Shown here in pieces: positions 51,183 through 64,000 of a stretch of DNA of 64,000 nucleotides. Within the stretch, counting starts at the first letter, position 1. Every line of letters begins with the position of its first letter. The position numbers and the translations under genes are program-made. The stretch lies in contig NC_087447.1 of the NCBI RefSeq assembly GCF_036321535.1, positions 12,710,001 through 12,774,000 on the forward strand, read 5' to 3'. The DNA is from Camelus dromedarius (lineage: Eukaryota). The notes beneath the pieces are model-generated. The model did no database searches, was not told the origin of the DNA, and worked only from the letters and a program-made list of their open reading frames with translations.

Positions 51183-54100
51183 ATTATGATTCACCTTGTT
51201 TTCATCTAGATAGCTTTCCTCACAGGTATTTATTTATTCATTCACACATTTATTCATTCATTTATTCTCCCTAATCCTTTGCTAAGAACATTGCCAATCA
51301 GTCAGCCTATAAACCTTGTCTCTTTGAAGGAGGTCTTATCCATTTTCTTTTTTTTTTTTTCCCTTTTAGTCTTTATTCTTAAAAACATTTTAAGTATATT
51401 TCTGGCTTTCCATAGTCTTCTTTTTGAAATGTTCTTTCTCATTGTGTTTTGTGAGTGAATGGTGAGTTCACATCTAACAGGACCGTCTCTGTGATATCCT
51501 GGAAGATTGCTTCTGTAGGGCAGCGCTACCGACTCAGATTACCATTATGTATAGTAATTTCTAGCTTGAAGGAGCCTCCCTTGCACAGACAGCAAAATCC
51601 AAACGTGAACCTGGGTGAGAAACACTGTGGTACCGATTCTTAGATAAGGCTCTTTTCCCAACCAGGTATCAGATCATGTTAGACAAGTTTACCTGTAATT
51701 TTTGCTGATAAGCAGATATTGTTAGCATTTATAATGAAAATGTCCATTTTTCAAAGTAATGGATTTATATTTGGGTGCTATTAGAATTCTGTTTTGTTCA
51801 TGGGACTAAAGACTTGGTATTTTTTTTTCAACAAACTGAGTCTCACTTATAAAATTAAAAATTTTGCCAAATGCCTACAGGAGGGTCATGATGTCTGTGT
51901 CCACATTGGTGTCTGATTTTCTTCTTTTTCTTCCTTTTAAGCCTGATAACAACTTCATTTATTTATTTATTTGTTATCTGCAATAGTTATAGAATATTTT
52001 ACTTTTATATTTAGTATTTCAATATATTCTATTAAAAGTATTTTTTTGAGGAGGGTGGAGTTATATAGAGTCTTCCACTTGTAAGAAGGGGAAGTCCAGT
52101 CATGTGTGCTTGTCAGTGATAACCCCTGTCTGTCTAGTGTCTAACAGGACGTCCAGCTTGACTTCATTCCTCAAGAAACATTTGTTAAATAACTGAGAAT
52201 ATTGACACTAAATGTAATATCTGATAGGAGTGAAACATGGTCATTCGACCTGTGATACAGAATGCAGAATTTGACTCTGAACAGAAGTGTGTAGATATGG
52301 GTGATGGCATGTTGCTTCCTAGGACGTTTTTAGAAAAAATGGCATGGCAAGCCCAATTCCACTTAGCACCCTTCTGCCTCACAAAGGGCAGGACCAGTTC
52401 ATACTACATCTTAATGAGAGGCTCTCCAATTTATGCAGATTGTTTACAATCACTATTTCTACTATCTTCTCATCCTTGGCTTTATGGTGCTTTCCATACT
52501 TTGTAACATGTTTTTGTTACAAAATCTTAGAACAGTGTGTTTTGTAACACATCTTAGAAAAAAACAGTTCCACTGGGACACCTTGAGAAGGTCCCATGAG
52601 AAACCAGGATGCAGACCACAGTGCGTTTGGTGGGTGTTGCTTTGGTGTAATCAGTGTCTGAGCTGCAGGGATTCTGGCCTCATTAAAACAAAAACCTGTA
52701 TATTTATATGTGTGTGCTTGTCCTTTCTTTCCAACTTGCCCTCATTGAGGAGAGAATTAAAGATGTAAAATTTTTACAAAATCCATTATGTTTATTTTGT
52801 ACTAAGTTGCACTTGATTTTTTTTCAACCTGGAATGATTTTCAGTTTTCTACCCTTAAAATATTGATCACTCTGAATCTCAGAGAAATATTAACTGATTT
52901 CATTTCCAAGAAGAGAGTAAGAAACCATGGAGGTGTATGTGAGCATTCTATAAACTGATATCCTAAAAGGGTGTCCATCTTTGATAAGCTAATTGCATTT
53001 CATGTGCTCGTATTTTATTTACTTTTCTCAGATATAGCACTCATTCTGCATATAATTGAAAATTTCAAACATGGTGGAGTCCTAGCAGTGTGTTCAATCT
53101 TAAAATTAATGTAAGTTAAGTTCATAGCATATATAATTCAATTTATAAATTTGCCACCAAATTCCGCTGCTAAAGTTAAATAGTTTTATATTTTGATGGT
53201 TAACTTGATTTCTAATTTTTTAAGCATTCTAGTTCCTAGATTATAGTTTACAATAAAGTTCATAACTATATGTGGCTGTTTATAAACAAAAATATTCAGG
53301 TAATAACCAAAGAATAACAGAAGAAAGAACAGGTATGAGACAAATTTATGAAAATGCAGTTTTGAAATATTCAGACTTATTATTTTTTGACAATGCTCTC
53401 CCATTTGTCAGAGTTGTTGGTAATCTTAAAGATCATGTAAAATATTCTTTAAAAAGTAGATGCTTATTTTAATTATCTCACATTTAACAAGGCTAGTTTC
53501 TAAATTATAAACTGAGATCACCCTGCAATTATTAAAACAAATAAACACAAATAGTGCTTAAGCACTGTAGAAATGCTCTGAAATAGAAACTGTTCAATTA
53601 CAATATTTTCAAAGTTTAATGCCCATCAATATGAACCAAAAAGCATCACACACTAAATGGGTATCACTGTTCTATCCAGCTAGCCATGCCTCATATATGT
53701 AAGGCATGTAACTATCTACCTCATTGTTCAGTGCTTAATTTATACTCAAGGCAACACTAAATACTTTGTTGGAACAGTCCCCTTCAATCCTCTCAACAAC
53801 CTTGGAAAAGAAAATATAATTATACCCTGGATGCAGGAAGTTAACTTGTCTAATGAAATAAAACCTGTTATTATCAACAATAGGATTGGATCCAGGAGTG
53901 ATGGATTCCCACCTTCTCACTGTTGTGGCAATTGAAACTTTTTAATTAAGATGAATAAGTGATATCAATTAGACATAAACCATAATAATCACCATCTGTT
54001 TCTCATTATTTCTAAAACAACACTCCAATTAATAGAGAAGATGGGAGAGACAGTTAATTCTGAAACAGAAGAACAGCTTTGAATATAGGGCATCCAAACT

Positions 54101-54360
54101 TTGCATGTAAATTATACTTTTAAAAAGCCTTAAAACTGTGTAAACTGTCTATTATAAGGTGAAGAATTTGTGTCTCCTGGGCTGGAGTCCTGCTAAATCC
54201 CCCCAAAATATCCCTTTATTTCCATTAGATCTTTATTTCTGAAATTTTAGTTAACTGACATCAGTAATTGTCTGTATTTGAGATATATATATCCTAATAT
54301 ATTGTAATTTCTGCATTTTTTGTTCCCACACCAGATTTTTTTTTTAATAGAAACACAGAA

Positions 54361-54718
54361 ATGGCTGAAGAGAATTTTACAGTTGTCACTGAATTTATTC
54401 TTTTGCGACTGACAGACTGGGCTGAGCTGAAAGTTGTGCTTTTTGTGTTGTTCCTGGTGGTTTATGCTGTTACTTTGGTGGGGAACCTGGGCATGACCTT
54501 CTTAATCCAAATCAGTCCCAGGCTCCACACTCCCATGTACTTTTTCCTCAGCTGCCTTTCATTTGTGGATGCCTGCTATTCATCTGCCATAGCACCCAAG
54601 ATGCTGACAAACCTCCTGGTTGTGAAGGGAACCATCTCTTTCTCCGTTTGCATGGTGCAGCATTTATATTTTGGGATCTTTGTTACCACAGAAGGCTTCG
54701 TGATGTCAGTGATAGCCT
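54361..54718 (+). pseudogene. OR5J2-like 5' fragment (N-terminus to end of TM3), 3' two-thirds absent
   Basis: [12 protein letters not shown]...EGFVMSVIA, after which OR similarity stops just before YDRY. I saw no 3' OR half between here and 58211. Confidence 0.88.
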
Positions 54719-57700
54719 CCTCATAAGCTGCATGCAGCATACAATTATGTCAACTGGACTTCCATGCATCATTTTTGGAAGAGTATTTTTATTTATCTGT
54801 TTTTCCATATAGTCCCCACAAATTCCTTGAGCTAATTCTGGAAGTGAGCTCTGTCAAGTAGAGGATCATCAGGTGTCCCATGGACTAGAAATAATTACAC
54901 AAACTAACCATTAAGGAATTTCTTCCACTTTTTAACTTTGACTTTTGTTATTTGCTACATATTCCTTAGATATTTTTGGAAATGTTTACTAAGTCCATTT
55001 CTATAATGTTTTACATACAAATGGAGACACATTAAAATGCTGACCATTCATAGAACCCAAATTATCCAATGTCAAGTTGAGATTTTGTAAACAAAAACAT
55101 ATTACCCATAACTACAGCCCCTTATATGTTTTATGACATTTCTTTTCCTCTGTCCTATATCTCTTAATTCCTTTTTACCTTCCTACAGTTTTTTTTCTGG
55201 ACAATAAGCTACTGTATATGTAACTTATCCAAAGCTAAAGGTACTACTTTCTCTGACAATGTGACCCCCAATTGTTTTTATGTCATGGGGCTTTTAGGTC
55301 AACCTCACATAATATGTTCCTTGAGATCACTTTTTTCATAAGTTTTATTTTCATTCAGGTTAACAAGGGAAGTTACGGAGCCTCTGCTGTACCAAACGGT
55401 TGCAGCACACTCAGCAAATCACATGTCAGTTAATATCACCACTTTATTTTAACAGATTTTCCAAACCAAAGTACCTTCTTTTCTAAGATCATACATTTCT
55501 AGACCAGGAGAGTCAGTTGAGACAGTTTTCATTAGACTTCAGTTTCTGTCTAGTTTGTGGACACCATTATAACCCAGCAACGAAGGTCAGGTCCTCACCA
55601 ACTTGGGTTTCCAGTTACCAGTGTGAAGGCCTAAGTCCGACCTGTAAGTCAGACAGCTTTGCAAATGACACATCAGCCAGTCCTTCCCTCCTGAGGGCTT
55701 GCTGTGCACATTTTAATTCATCAGTTTTGTGGTAGTTGCAGGACAATTGCACATTTCCTCATCAGCTTTACAAGCAGACTGTGCAACACAGCCATGTTTC
55801 CTGGTGGAGAGATCTCTCTCTGGTCTCTGTCTCTGTCTGGGCAGACATGCTCTTCTTACGATGGTGAACCTCCAGGAAAACCCTTCGGATGGAGCTGGCA
55901 TAAGAAGCCTGGCCTCCAAGGGCCTCGAGCCTCTCTTAGACTGTTGTGGCCAGTCAGCTTAGCCATTGTAAGTGTTGTTGCCACAGAGTATTTGCAGAAA
56001 GGAGCGACTCAATTTTAATCACGCACTCCAAAGCATTACGTCACGCCAGAGATTATTAGTGGTGTATATTCAATGGGGTATGATTCAAGGCTTCCTATAG
56101 TGGATAATATTTATTTTTTTGTTTTATGTGAATACAAACTGATACAAGTCAAGGCTTCCCATAACTGGATATGCATTACAATGCAAAACACACAAGTTTG
56201 TCAGGACTTCATACAAAATATTTTAATCCTTATCATCAAGAAGCTAATGAAGGTAAGATTGCCTGTAAATACAACGTAAACTTCTGTTCAAATATGAAAT
56301 AGTAGGAAATGGAGAAGCACCGCATGCCCTTGTGAAGGGCATGCCCCTCATAGTTCCCAGGTATGAGACTCACATGTACTAGAAATTAGAATAGAACCCC
56401 TCCTGTTCCATGACTTTGAGAGCTGTCTTCTTGATAGCATCCCTGTTCAGCTCTCCAGAGGTTACTTTCTCCAGGGGATCCTGAGATACTTGTGGTACCG
56501 ATTTGTTATTTCCCACACTCTCCTTCTTTCCTAGTGGCACCTTTCTCCAATGAAGAAACCATACGCAGATGCAGTTTGACACTTGGGAATATGATGATTA
56601 TTGTGGGTCATTAAATATCTAATGAATTGCTTATTCTAAAGATAATATCTAATTTTCAGCTCAAGCTTCTCAATTAGTATTGTTTTTCTCTCTCATTTTT
56701 AGTCACTCTTTCAATGACATATTGTGTAGGTTTATCAGTGAAGCTTCTTTCCATGAAGTTGGTAGATATTCCTGAGTTGTATGTTCCTTTCATCTGTCCA
56801 GTCACTGTGCTGGGCAGCCATTGGGTATTTCCATGAGTCAGAGCAACACTTAATATGTGTACCTTTTTGGGAGGGTGTTTTTCACATCTTGGTCTATAGA
56901 TGAATGCTACACCCTAAAATACCATCGTACCCAAACTTTGCACCTGCATGTGACACTCAGGCTTTCCCCACTGTATCATTTAGGAGTACTGTCACCATGC
57001 ATGTAATGGATCATTTAACAAATCCTATCTCAACAGAGCTTAATTAAAAAAAAATACAGTGATCATATGTTATGCTTTATGGCTTTCATTGTTTAAGTAG
57101 CTCAACAGTATTAGAATCAATATATTCTCTTGTCCTTAAGTTAATTTCTCAAGTGGCTGAATCTCACATAAAAAGCTTCTTCAAAGTCTGAGAAGCAGAA
57201 GGTGATGGAGAATATTTCCCTCACAGACTTCTCTTTTTTGGGAAAGACCATTTATCTCTTGTATTGTGCCTTACAGAATTCCTCCTACAAATCATTAGGG
57301 ATATTTCTTAAAATGGAAACTCCCTTGTTTCCTTTTCAACATGCATATTCCTGACAACTTAATATTAATTTTTGACCTCCTTCAATTTATTACAGATCTA
57401 CTTAGATTTTGTCTTGTCTTCACTTTGCTATGGATTTCTATTTTAACAAGGATACAGAAACAACTGGAATATAACTTTTAAACATGGATAATTACTTTTT
57501 TTTGTCAAAAAGACAAGAATATTACAATCTCCTAAACCAAACTGCCAGTTATGAAAAAAAGAACAATGACTTGGGAGAACAAAATGTACAAATCTGGGAG
57601 CTTATGAGGGACCACAAAATTTATCTTAATTGGAATATCTTCTGATATCAACAAAATGGACTGGTTGAGACAAAAATCAAGCACAGAATAGAACCTACAG

Positions 57701-58210
57701 ATGTTTGGTGAATCTACTAGTCTCATATACAGAAGTAAAGGAATTGATGAGTAAAGAAGTGGAATCCCAATGTTTAAAATAAGGATATTTGATTAAAGTA
57801 ATATAAGAGTACTTCAAGTCATCAAATACACAGATAAAACAATGAGAAAGAGTATGAAGGCTAAAACAGAAGGAAAAGAAAGGACTTGGACACACAGACA
57901 ACACACTCTACAATTTTATTCTAATAGATGAGAAAAATATCAGAATCATTGACAGCTTTCTTCTGGTCTATATCCACCTAACACATCCTACTGTATTATA
58001 ACATTTACTATACTTCTGTATGTAATTGATAGTTCCCACTCAAGGTAGTCAAATATTTTTACTATTTTGTTCATTAATTTATTTACAATAATTAGAAATA
58101 CCTGGCATATGTAAGACAATCTATAAATATATGTTGAACTCATTTATGCTCACTATTTCTTTTGGAGGCAAATAGAGCAAAACTTAAAGTCCATAACTAG
58201 TTTATAGGAC

Positions 58211-59170
58211 TCATATTGTATGTAAACTTTGAGAAAAATTATTGTATAGTTTTTTCCACGTCCTTTGTAGGGCACATTTCACATCTTTGTTCCTCAAGCT
58301 ATAGATCAAGGGATTTAACATGGGGATGACAAGGGTATAAAATATAGATGCCACTTTATCAGTGTCAAAGGAATGACTGGACTCTGGTTGCACATACATA
58401 AAAATCAAAGTCCCGTAGAACACTGTGACCACAGTCAGGTGCGACCCACAGGTAGAAAAAGCCTTCCTCCTACCTTCAGCAGAGTTCATCCTGAGAATAG
58501 ACTCAAGAATGAGCAGGTAAGACACGAGAACTATCAGAAGGGATGAAATCAAATCAAAACCAGCTAAAATCAGAATAATCATTTCAGTTTCATGAGTATT
58601 TGAGCAGAGTAAAGATATCAAGGGGAGACTGTCACAGTAGAAATGACTGATGACATTGTAGCCACAGAAGGATGAATTAAATACCTTTACAGTGACTAGA
58701 AGAGACACAAATGTGCTATAGAGATAGGGGACTGCCACCAGCACCCAACAGACCCTTTGTGACATGATGACTGTGTAGAGCAGAGGGTTACAGATGGCCA
58801 CATAGCGGTCATAGGACATTGCTGACAGAATAAAAATTTCAGTAACAATAAAAACAAGAAAAAAGGCTAATTGTACAGCACAAGAATAATAAGAGATAGT
58901 ATTTTGATCCACAACAAAATTTACCAACATTTTGGGTCCAACTGTTGTTGAATAACCTAGATCAGTAAGAGCCAGGTGTCTGAGGAAGAAGTACATGGGT
59001 GTCTGCAGCCTGGAGTCCACCTTGGTGAGGATGACCATGCCCAAGTTGCCCACCACTGAGATCATGTAGATGACAAGGAAGAGCCCAAATAACGGAGCCC
59101 GCAGCTCAGGGCGGTCTGTGATGCCCATGAGAATGAATTTGTTCACCACAGTTCCATTGTGTGTTTCCAT
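58211..59170 (-). CDS. OR8K3: Olfactory receptor OR8K3-like, intact 319 aa
   Basis: Complete 7TM ORF with NGT sequon, [41 protein letters not shown]. Recalled similarity to human OR8K3. Confidence 0.9.
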   Translation of the reverse strand: METHNGTVVNKFILMGITDRPELRAPLFGLFLVIYMISVVGNLGMVILTKVDSRLQTPMYFFLRHLALTDLGYSTTVGPKMLVNFVVDQNTISYYSCAVQLAFFLVFIVTEIFILSAMSYDRYVAICNPLLYTVIMSQRVCWVLVAVPYLYSTFVSLLVTVKVFNSSFCGYNVISHFYCDSLPLISLLCSNTHETEMIILILAGFDLISSLLIVLVSYLLILESILRMNSAEGRRKAFSTCGSHLTVVTVFYGTLIFMYVQPESSHSFDTDKVASIFYTLVIPMLNPLIYSLRNKDVKCALQRTWKKLYNNFSQSLHTI

Positions 59171-59399
59171 CCAGGTTTTTCAGGAAACCTATTTGGAATA
59201 GAGACATCAGCGTAGTCAACAGGTTTTATGTATTATCACTTGGGATATTTTTAGTGTGCAAAGCTAGTGTAATAAATAAGATACATTTAAACTTTCCTAT
59301 TTAGGATCTTTGAGAATCAGCCCATCTCTTACATATCCTAATATGCATGAATACAGATAGAAACAGAGACAGTCACTGGTTTTCAAATAGAAGTTATTT

Positions 59400-59570
59400 T
59401 ACTAACCTAAGAACATTTGTTAATGTCCAGAAGATTTGTTGGTTTTCACAGCTGGGAGGTGGATGCTGTTGGCATATAATTGTTAGAGGTCAGTTATGCT
59501 TCTAAACATTCATTCTATAATGACCCATATCAGTCCCAAATCTCAATACTGCTAAGGTTGAAAAGCCAAT
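59400..59570. mobile_element. MER20-like fragment
   Basis: gttaatgtccagaagatttgttggttttcacagctggg...atgcttctaaacat...gctaaggttgaaaagcc. Confidence 0.65.
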
Positions 59571-62262
59571 TTGATATAGATAGATAGACGATAGATAGCT
59601 AAAGAGATACATACAGAGATACATAGATAGGTGTAGACACGTAAGATACATAGATACATATAAAGAAAAAAGTTAAAACCTAAAAATTTGAAGGTTACAT
59701 ATGTAAACTATTATTGTGTTGTTCTTTTGGGTTTTCTGTTAGTCATTTACATAATTGCAATCACATAGTGACATGTATAAATTACATTTAATAATATGGC
59801 TCAATGCATGTGCCAGTTATATAATCAACTATATTACACAATTAAACAAAAATTCTAATGGAAATGTAGAGCCAGAAACTCCAAAAAGTATTGAATCCAC
59901 TACACAACACATAGTTCTATAAAATCCTGTATATGAGTGATACAGGCTGAAACAATTAAGACACTTGGCACATATTAGACAGGTGTATAAATAAGAAAAC
60001 TGTAACAGATTGCAGTGAGAATTGTCTTTATGTGAAGAAACATATGAGACACACACACACACACACATATATATATATCTGTGTTGTAATAACTCCATTT
60101 ATAGTATATACAAAGGGTTACCAGATTACTTTTGGCAAATAATTTAACTTACATGAAACTTTATTGTCATATACAAAACCAATACATCCTTACAGGATGG
60201 TTGGGTACAAAATGAAAAGATTAAATATGTCAATGTGTCTATACTACATGGAAGTTAAGTACATTGGAGTTTTTATTTTTATTCTTTTTAATAGTGACAA
60301 TAATTAAACTCACAGAGCATTTCTTTACATATTCGTGGGTAAATTCTTCTGCAGTGTGGCATCTTCTCTGCCAGGGCTATGATGATCAACAGGTGAGGAA
60401 CAGGTCAAGTAGGATGGGATGCCTGTGATGTACTCTAAGCCCTACCCTTTCCCCCTTCTCTGTGACTAAAATTGGACCACCAAGGTGCTATTATTTTGGA
60501 ATTATTTACCTTTTAAATGTCTTAGCTATTTTAGAGAAGTATGAATGTAAGTTTATTTTGATATAAATTTCTTAAAATATTTGTCTTCCCTTAGAGACAT
60601 TTTCACCAAAATTGACATTTACTAACTTGTATGTAACAATTCAAACGCACTTTACCATGCAAGAACCCAGAAGTATATGTGGAAATCTGAGCAAACTGAA
60701 AGAAAGAGGAGTAATTTGCATTGTTTTTATTTATTGAATGTTATAAAAACCTCCTTTGGATAAAGAGATACTATACTTTAAAATAAAGTGTTTAAATTCC
60801 CTGTGTTACACAACACTGTATGGCTGAAATTATGTGCAGTGTAGAATGGCTGTACGTGGGTCCTTGGTTTTTACCTTAAATTCTACATCTTAAGGCCACA
60901 GGAGCTCCTTCAAACTGTGATATAATATAAAACACAGATAAACATTTTTATATAATCAAATAGAAATGTGTCTGAATGTCCCTAATAATACACAGATTAA
61001 GAACATACCAGAATAAGGTAGATGGCAAATTAGGTAAGAGAATTATTAAATTTAAAATACTGTGAGCCTGAATGTTTTCCTTAAAAAGAATAGAAATTAT
61101 ACTGGTTACAATAAAAACTACAGTGACAGTAGTCTCCGATCTAGAAGAAAATCAATAAAAACACACAATTTTATAACATGAAATATGAAAATGATTATAT
61201 GAAATTTGCATTTAATGCACTTAAAATATTGCTTATAATTTTGTGACCTCGTGATAGCCTGCCTTACCTGGATGCACACACTCTTCTTATATCAGAAGTA
61301 TGGGAATGGGTATAGGTAGACAGTCATTACAGAGAAATGTCTTCAATACGATACATTTATTAAGAAGCAATATAAACCTTGTTTTTGTTTTGTTGTTTTG
61401 TTTTGCAAATATGTAAGGCTGAGAAAAATCAGACTTGGTAAATTCCAATTTCCCTGTAAGGTAAGAAAAGATGGAAGTCATTATTTTTCTCTCTCTCTCT
61501 CTTTCTTACAAGCTATAGCGTTCTACACAAAGACCCAAATAGCTTTTTCATAGTTTAACAACTTTGTTGAACACTGATTGTAATTTTTTTTAAGCTGTAC
61601 TCCATGAGATAATCATATCTGCTTTCTGCCAGATCATTTGAAATTGAGAAACATGCTGAACATTCTACCATAACCATTAAACTGGGTCCTTAAAAGTCTG
61701 CTAATATCCCAGTAATGCTTTTCACATCTCAGTGTGTGGCAGAAGTCCCCTTTTGTCCCTTCAAGGGATCTGGAAAGACTCATACATTTATTTAAATAAT
61801 CATTAAATATTAAATTGTAATTGGGGGGTCACAAAAAAAGCACCTAGAGCACTAATTAAATAAGAATTTGGGAAGATATCAAAATGAGAGATGAAATATT
61901 CACAGCTTCTTAATTTTGCCAGTTTCTAAAAATTCACCTCTAGGCTTCGCTTGCTCTCAGTTTTGGCCTCCATTAGAGACAGTATTGTTTCTGTAAAGGA
62001 AATAACATGATGATGTTTCAAAGATACTTTTCGGCATTTAGTCGGTCAACCACTCAAAAAATTAATATGAAGAGAAAGGAAGAGGTGTCCTATTCCAGCT
62101 CAGGCATGACGGAGTACGGGAAAGCAAAGAGAAGTTCATCAGAAATGGCCTCATTCTTCTCAGGCTTTGCCATTGGGTTAAAGTGAAATTTTGAAGATGT
62201 CACTTTAGCATTGACGGTATTGAAAACTTAAAGGCGTCACATGAAATAGTCCATCATTTTAC

Positions 62263-62392
62263 CTGTAATGATGCCTCTGTCTTGACTCCCTCATGTGTTT
62301 CTTACACTTTGTAGTGAGAACAGTTTATGGATTTCTTTCCCCTTTGGAGACTCTCCCTGAGGAAATGCCAAGCAATTTGTTGATTATCCCTA
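62263..62392 (-). promoter_or_regulatory. Candidate promoter/first exon of the OR8K3-like gene
   Basis: Donor CAG|GTAAAA (exon end 62263), TCCCTTTGGAGA at 62338, TCCCTGAGGA at 62354. Spacing matches the OR8K1-like module. Confidence 0.5.
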
Positions 62393-62502
62393 AAGTATTG
62401 AGAGCACAACAAAATGTCTGGAGATTGTCCTTTAATTGTCCCAAGTATTGAGAGCACAACAAAATGTCTGGAGATTGTCCTTTAATTGTCCTTTAATTGT
62501 CC
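62393..62502. repeat. Perfect 50-bp tandem duplication with nested 11-bp repeats
   Basis: Units at 62393 and 62443; attgtccttta is repeated at the end. Confidence 0.92.
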
Positions 62503-63381
62503 AATTTGTTTCCAGTGCCTTTTCTTTCTCTCCTTCCTTTCTTCCTTCCTGACTTCCTGTCTGTATTCTTTCCTCCCTTCCTCCTTTCTTCCCTGCCTTC
62601 CATTTTTCACTCTTGGTTAAACCAAGCTCCTTTTGTAGCCCTAAGGACACTCGATTAAAGCATTGTGCCTATCGGGCACGCCAGTCAGGAGTCAGCACCT
62701 CCACAGTGGTCTTCTCAAACGTATGACCTGTAGAAATGTTTAAACACGGCCTTGTTACATCACTTACACATTTTTAAGGAATTAAAATAGCACATGATGC
62801 TGCTATGAGGTGTTGCCTCCTGGCTTTGTTGCCCATGTGACTGTTTTTACTTGTCCCTCAGAGACAGAAAAGAGTCACTGTTACTTCTCATTTCATTCTG
62901 ACTTTCTCTCATAGGTCTGTTCACCACTTCTGTGCTGCTGCTTTTCCCCTTGACTGCATAGTGCACCGTTAGTTATTCCATTCTGTGCAGCCCCTTTCCA
63001 GTACAGACCTATTCCATCACCACAAGTGCCCTTGCCATGGAATTACTCCCAAAGACAGCCTAAGAAAGCAAAGACCTTCATGTGCCTCCAGCTGTAGAAG
63101 CACTAATCTGAGATAACAGGTAGGCGACAGTGGGATGGGACTGTCCCAGCACTAAGAAGGCAATTATGATCGAAATGACAAAGTCCCCTTATGGACTGAA
63201 AAGTTTTCTTGAGGCTAATTTCCCTAAGAATTGGCAAAAGTGCTGGCTGCCTGTCATTTCATGTCTCCGGCCCCAGCCAGTCAGCCTCCCAATGCAAGCC
63301 AGACATCCTGCACCCTCAGCTGGCAGAAACCTGGGGGGACATTCCTGCTGGTTACAAGCTCTCAGGACACATAAAAAGGCG

Positions 63382-63841
63382 TGTGGGGCCAAATGACATC
63401 CTTCAAAGTCCAGTGACCCCCGATTCTGGGCTCTCAGATGTCTGCCTGTGATCCCGCAACACAGAAGTACATTCTTTACTGGGTGTTTGTGCCCCAACAA
63501 ACTAACAGCCCTAGGTAATGCCTAACCTCACAGCTGCTCAGGCTGGCCTGTTTCAGCCCACCTTATGAGAGTCCTAAACCCCACTGCCCTTCACAGACCC
63601 TAAATGTCTTACCTCTCCTACAACCAATCAGAGCCTTGTGCACAAGCTGATCATGCACCTGTGACCCTCCCCTATGAAAGACCCCAGAAGCTGGCCCTCG
63701 GTGCTCACACAGGCCCCTCTCATCTGTGTGGCTGCTGTCGTCTCCGACTGCACCCCTCGTAAACTCCTTTACTCTTCTCCTCCTTCATCTTTGGTAGATT
63801 CTTTCACCTCCAGAGACACCGGCCCGCTGTGTTCCCCAACA
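63382..63841 (+). mobile_element. Solo LTR
   Basis: TGTGGGGCC...CCCCAACA termini, CCAAT ~63623, flanks AGGCG and AGGAG (4 of 5 match). Confidence 0.7.
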
Positions 63842-63846
63842 AGGAG

Positions 63847-64000
63847 TGTTGCTGAACGCAAGTTCTTGTGCCTGATGCACAGTGAGGCCAAATCGACCTA
63901 AACATTGGGGTCTGGAGCAGATCTGTTGCAGGGCTGAGCAAGGAGGACTGGTGGTTCATGCTCAAAAGATGTGAAATTCCCTGGCAGTTTGCAGGGAAGA
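63847..64000 (-). mobile_element. Second LTR, runs off the window end
   Basis: tgttgctgaacgcaagttcttgtgcctgatgcacagtgaggccaaa...ggagcaga resembles the U5 end of artiodactyl ERV1 LTRs in antisense. Confidence 0.65.

Noticed and set aside
56420-56450. Possible missing 3' half of the truncated OR5J (agctgtctt...gata resembles LSCSD codons)
   Set aside because: The similarity is limited to about a dozen bases, and no OR frame extends on either side.
1-64000. A novel multi-gene biological system
   Set aside because: All convincing coding content is canonical class II ORs. The remaining structure is explained by transposons, local duplications and OR regulatory modules.

Overview
This is a mammalian olfactory receptor (OR) gene cluster: AT-rich, repeat-rich and non-prokaryotic. 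A tRNA-derived SINE and a young L1 3' end resemble camelid elements, so a camelid source is inferred. It holds eight class II OR loci of the OR8U/OR8J/OR8K/OR5J subfamilies, which cluster at human 11q12. Four have intact ORFs (two OR8U-like, one OR8K5-like, one OR8K3-like). Four are disrupted (OR8J-like nonsense; OR8K1-like +11 nt insertion; OR5J2-like frameshift plus nonsense; OR5J2-like 3'-truncated). The spacers contain many solo LTRs with readable target-site duplications (TSDs), L1/L2/MIR fragments and Tigger/MER DNA transposons. I found no convincing new biological system. The most interesting unexplained structure is: (1) gene-conversion-like tracts that start at the ATG and stop around TM2 in two independent paralog pairs; (2) conserved upstream promoter/non-coding-exon modules recoverable by paralog comparison; (3) two different LTRs stacked on one shared TSD, with a possible second case at the window end; (4) an inactivating 11-nt insertion in the OR8K1-like gene that exactly matches paralog sequence. 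Subfamily and repeat-family names come from recalled similarity, not database searches. All identity counts are manual.
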